DNA of 63,691 nucleotides, the filler included, from Choristocarpus tenellus KU-1152 (taxonomy: Eukaryota > Protista > Phaeophyceae), in assembly GCA_964200185.2 (NCBI GenBank). It is 9 parts of 9 records of this genome, joined end to end, with 100 filler letters (N's around TTAATTAATTAA, not from the genome) between each part and the next. Parts side by side here need not be neighbours in the genome. Positions count along the whole stretch, not along the records: positions 60,307 to 63,691 come from CAXNAD020020396.1; 8 more parts are not named here. The stretch is one strand, 5' to 3'. This document shows positions 63,297 through 63,691 of the stretch, piece by piece; position 1 is the first letter of the stretch, and each line of letters opens with the position of its first letter. Both the position numbers and the translations under genes were made by a program. Under the pieces are notes generated by a model. That model saw only the letters and a program-made list of their open reading frames with translations. It was not told where the DNA came from and did no database searches.

Positions 63297-63691
63297 CACA
63301 CATCAAAGAAAGTTACAGGAAATTAGTTGAGCCTTTTACTAGTAGTATTAATATCTATCTAATAGCATGGTCAGCGCAACTCCACCCAAAGCAACCATAG
63401 ACACAGTAAAGGCGAGAAGGCCTTTGCACTTGGTACGTTTGCAACAATGGCATCACATCCACACCTTGGGAGGCTTTCTCACCCTGCCCTACCGGGCGGT
63501 GGAAGGAGAGTATGGATCGTCCCATGGACTGCTCGGGTGCGCCCAGGTTATCGTCACGTACAAGATAGCGGGGGATAAAGAGAGGGAGGGGGGGGGAGGG
63601 GGGGGGGGGGGGGGGAAAATACAGGTAGGGTGGGGTTAGGGGGGGTGGGGGAGGGGGAGGGGGGGAGGGGGAGGGGGGGTTGGGGGGGGGG

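Noticed and set aside
86-63639. Most short ORFs in the supplied track
   Set aside because: They are antisense shadows of real exons, translations of MITEs or microsatellites, or run into N gaps, and show no recognisable domains.

Overview
Eukaryotic nuclear DNA, intron-rich and repeat-rich. An ochrophyte such as a brown alga or relative is inferred from a bipartite signal-peptide/'EA|F' plastid presequence and scattered TTAGGG-like tracts. The window is not one locus: eight artificial 100-bp spacers (44 N + TTAATTAATTAA + 44 N) join nine unrelated contigs. Spliced genes reconstructed by hand with consistent intron phases are: the 5' part of a mitochondrial FAD-linked D-lactate dehydrogenase, a complete 6-exon EF-1beta head-to-head with a plastid-targeted type-11 SAM methyltransferase (partial), the first two exons of a kinesin head-to-head with a >=7-exon unrecognised gene, and the 3' end of another unknown gene. 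A 2.4-kb ORF of unknown function is also present. The intergenic DNA holds about 25 copies of four MITE families that share one terminal signature (GRNYSAAA..., mostly 4-bp TSDs, Sola2-like) and nest inside one another, plus foldback/hairpin elements, two decayed RLE-type (CRE-like) non-LTR retrotransposon 3' ends and several minisatellites. There is no CRISPR array, rRNA, tRNA or prokaryotic system. I found no single clear-cut novel system. The best leads are the MITE clan with a shared end code, a duplicated alternative micro-exon in the D-LDH gene and a five-fold tandem-duplicated splice donor.
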